A stretch of DNA of 32,000 nucleotides. Origin: Buchnera aphidicola str. APS (Acyrthosiphon pisum). GTDB taxonomy: Bacteria > Pseudomonadota > Gammaproteobacteria > Enterobacterales > Enterobacteriaceae. A program made the translations under genes and the position numbers. Below, one piece after another: positions 30,476 through 32,000 of this stretch. Each line of letters begins with the position of its first letter. Within the stretch, counting starts at the first letter, position 1. Under the pieces are notes generated by a model. That model was given only the letters and a program-made list of their open reading frames with translations, ran no database searches and had not been told where the DNA came from. The stretch lies in assembly GCF_000009605.1 (NCBI RefSeq), contig NC_002528.1, forward strand, positions 480,001 through 512,000, written 5' to 3'.

Positions 30476-31324
30476 CTAGTATGTTGGTATTGAAATTTTT
30501 TTTTTTAAACTATTTAATGCTAAAAATGATTTCTTATGTAATTGTTTTATTTTTTTTCTTGATTCATCTAAACCTATTATTAATGGATAAGTATGTTTTT
30601 TAATAATTTTTTTATTGTCTGTTTTTACACTATCTTTTTTAAAATCTAAAATATCATCCTGAATTTGAAATGCCAAACCAATAGAAATCGAAAAAAGATC
30701 TAATATTGATAATATAGATTTAGAAAAATTATTAGAAGAAAAATATACTAAACGTACAGCAGAACGCATTAAAAAAGAAGTTTTATATAAATTAATTATT
30801 TCTAATTCAGATAAATTTACATCTTTTTTTTCTGCTTCTAAATCTAAATTTTGACCCATGCACATCCCAGATGAACCAATGGAATAAGATAATTCAGAAA
30901 TCATTTTTATACGTTTTAAATTAGATACATTTGGCATAAAACTGTTTGATAGAATATTAAACGCAAGACTTTGCAAAGCATCACCAGCAAGTAAAGAAGT
31001 ACTTTCACCGTATTTTACATGACAAGATATCTTTCCTCTTCTAAAATTATCATTATCCATACAGGGTAAGTCATCATGTATTAAAGAGTATGAATGAATA
31101 AATTCGATGGCAGTAGATATAACATCTAATGTAGTAATATTAACTTTAAAAACATCTCCAGTTGAATATATTAAAGATGAACGCAATCTTTTACTACCTG
31201 AAAATACACTATATTTCATTGCTTTTAAAAGACTTGATTTTTGAAAAGGCAACTGATTTAATGTATAAAATAATTTTTGATTAATACGATGTTTGTATCT
31301 CTCATATAGATGAAAAAAATGCAT
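30476..31324 (-). CDS. ispA: farnesyl diphosphate synthase
   Basis: Both aspartate-rich motifs are present (LIHDDLPCMDND and FQIQDDILD). ATG 31324 is preceded by AGGTG with a 6-nt spacer and places LPFQ at residues 25-28 exactly as in E. coli IspA. The track's GTG 31333 is the alternative start. Confidence 0.93.
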   Translation of the reverse strand: MHFFHLYERYKHRINQKLFYTLNQLPFQKSSLLKAMKYSVFSGSKRLRSSLIYSTGDVFKVNITTLDVISTAIEFIHSYSLIHDDLPCMDNDNFRRGKISCHVKYGESTSLLAGDALQSLAFNILSNSFMPNVSNLKRIKMISELSYSIGSSGMCMGQNLDLEAEKKDVNLSELEIINLYKTSFLMRSAVRLVYFSSNNFSKSILSILDLFSISIGLAFQIQDDILDFKKDSVKTDNKKIIKKHTYPLIIGLDESRKKIKQLHKKSFLALNSLKKKISIPTY

Positions 31325-31375
31325 ATTTAGCACCTAAAAAAATAAATATTTATTATATATAAAAATTTGATTATA

Positions 31376-32000
31376 CTATAAATAAAATCTATTTCTTAGA
31401 AAAAAACTAAAAATCAACCATAATAAAATTATAAATAATTCAAAATAAAATATCTGTGAAAAGTTTAAAAAACTATATAACCATCCGCTAAAAACACCTC
31501 CAAAAAAAATACCTAAAAATTGACTAGTAGAATAAATGCTCATTATACTACCTCTATAATTATTTGATAATTGCCTGCTAAGATGTGAAGAAAGAAAAAC
31601 TTCAAGAAAGTTAAAAGATATAAAAAAAATCTGTAAAGAAATTATTAAAAATAATAAATTTTTTTGTGCTGATAAAAAAATAATTTCTGAAAAAAGAATA
31701 AATAAAATACAAATTTCAATAATATTTTCTAAAATATATTTATATTTACAATAAAATATAAATAAGAATAAAACAAAAAAAGAAATTAATATAGTACCTA
31801 AATATACTTTCCAATGATTGTCTAAAGAAAAACCAGATATTTCAAACTGATTAGGAATCATCGTGAACTTAATCATCAATAAAAAATGTAAAAAAAATAC
31901 TCCTAAATAAAATCTAAAAAAAACTTTATTTAAAACAAAGTTTAATACTTTTTTATATGAATGGAGAGTTTTATTTTGTTTTAATATATTTTTTTTTGAA
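31376..32000 (-). CDS. yajR: MFS-type transporter, C-terminal part (gene continues beyond window)
   Basis: The reading frame is open from the window edge (..SKKNILKQNKTLHSYKKVLNFVLNKVFFRFYLGVFFLHFLLMMIKF..) to TAG 31376-31378. It consists of a series of hydrophobic helices with short polar loops. The symbol is assigned from its position next to ispA-dxs (yajR lies nearby in E. coli and, from memory, here in Buchnera), not from a recognised motif. Confidence 0.6.
   Translation of the reverse strand, partial: SKKNILKQNKTLHSYKKVLNFVLNKVFFRFYLGVFFLHFLLMIKFTMIPNQFEISGFSLDNHWKVYLGTILISFFVLFLFIFYCKYKYILENIIEICILFILFSEIIFLSAQKNLLFLIISLQIFFISFNFLEVFLSSHLSRQLSNNYRGSIMSIYSTSQFLGIFFGGVFSGWLYSFLNFSQIFYFELFIILLWLIFSFFLRNRFYL

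Noticed and set aside
31376-32000. Possibility that yajR is truncated or pseudogenised, because the track ORF starts only at Met 31879
   Set aside because: Re-translating the minus strand shows the frame stays open from 31879 up to the window edge. The sequence there is plausible loop and helix (..KKVLNFVLNKVFFRFYLGVFF..). The gene simply continues outside the window.

Overview
This window is an extremely AT-rich, tightly packed run of housekeeping genes, and every product is a clear homologue of an Escherichia coli protein. The gene order is lgt-thyA-miaB-ybeY-corC-leuS-holA-nadD-tusA / asd / yhgN-pgk-fbaA-mscS-recC-recB-recD / argA / tRNA-fMet / mltA-ribH-thiL-ribD1-ribD2-nusB / dxs-ispA-yajR. 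That order, the two-piece ribD and the composition match what I remember of Buchnera aphidicola, the aphid obligate endosymbiont. This identification comes from memory, not from a search. I call 28 protein-coding features (two cut by the window edges; ribD counted as two pieces), one initiator tRNA, one convincing intrinsic terminator and a few small repeats or hairpins. I see no transposase, integrase, phage, CRISPR, toxin-antitoxin or defence-like genes. Every long sense-strand ORF is explained and the largest non-coding gap is about 300 bp. I therefore do not believe this window hides a novel multi-gene system; it looks like ordinary endosymbiont core genome. The points worth a second look are small. 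(1) ybeY is broken by a frameshift inside an A10 tract, and one extra A restores a 155-codon gene. (2) ribD is split by a single in-frame TGA, with homology continuing through the 'spacer'. (3) The LeuRS editing-site threonine-rich motif is degenerate (T252 position is Leu). (4) There are many in-frame A10/A11 tracts. (5) recBCD is intact with all catalytic motifs. (6) MltA has lost its lipobox cysteine although lgt is retained. (7) There are short conspicuous palindromes and repeats near argA, tRNA-fMet and pgk. (8) The E. coli synteny blocks are joined by clean gene-loss scars.
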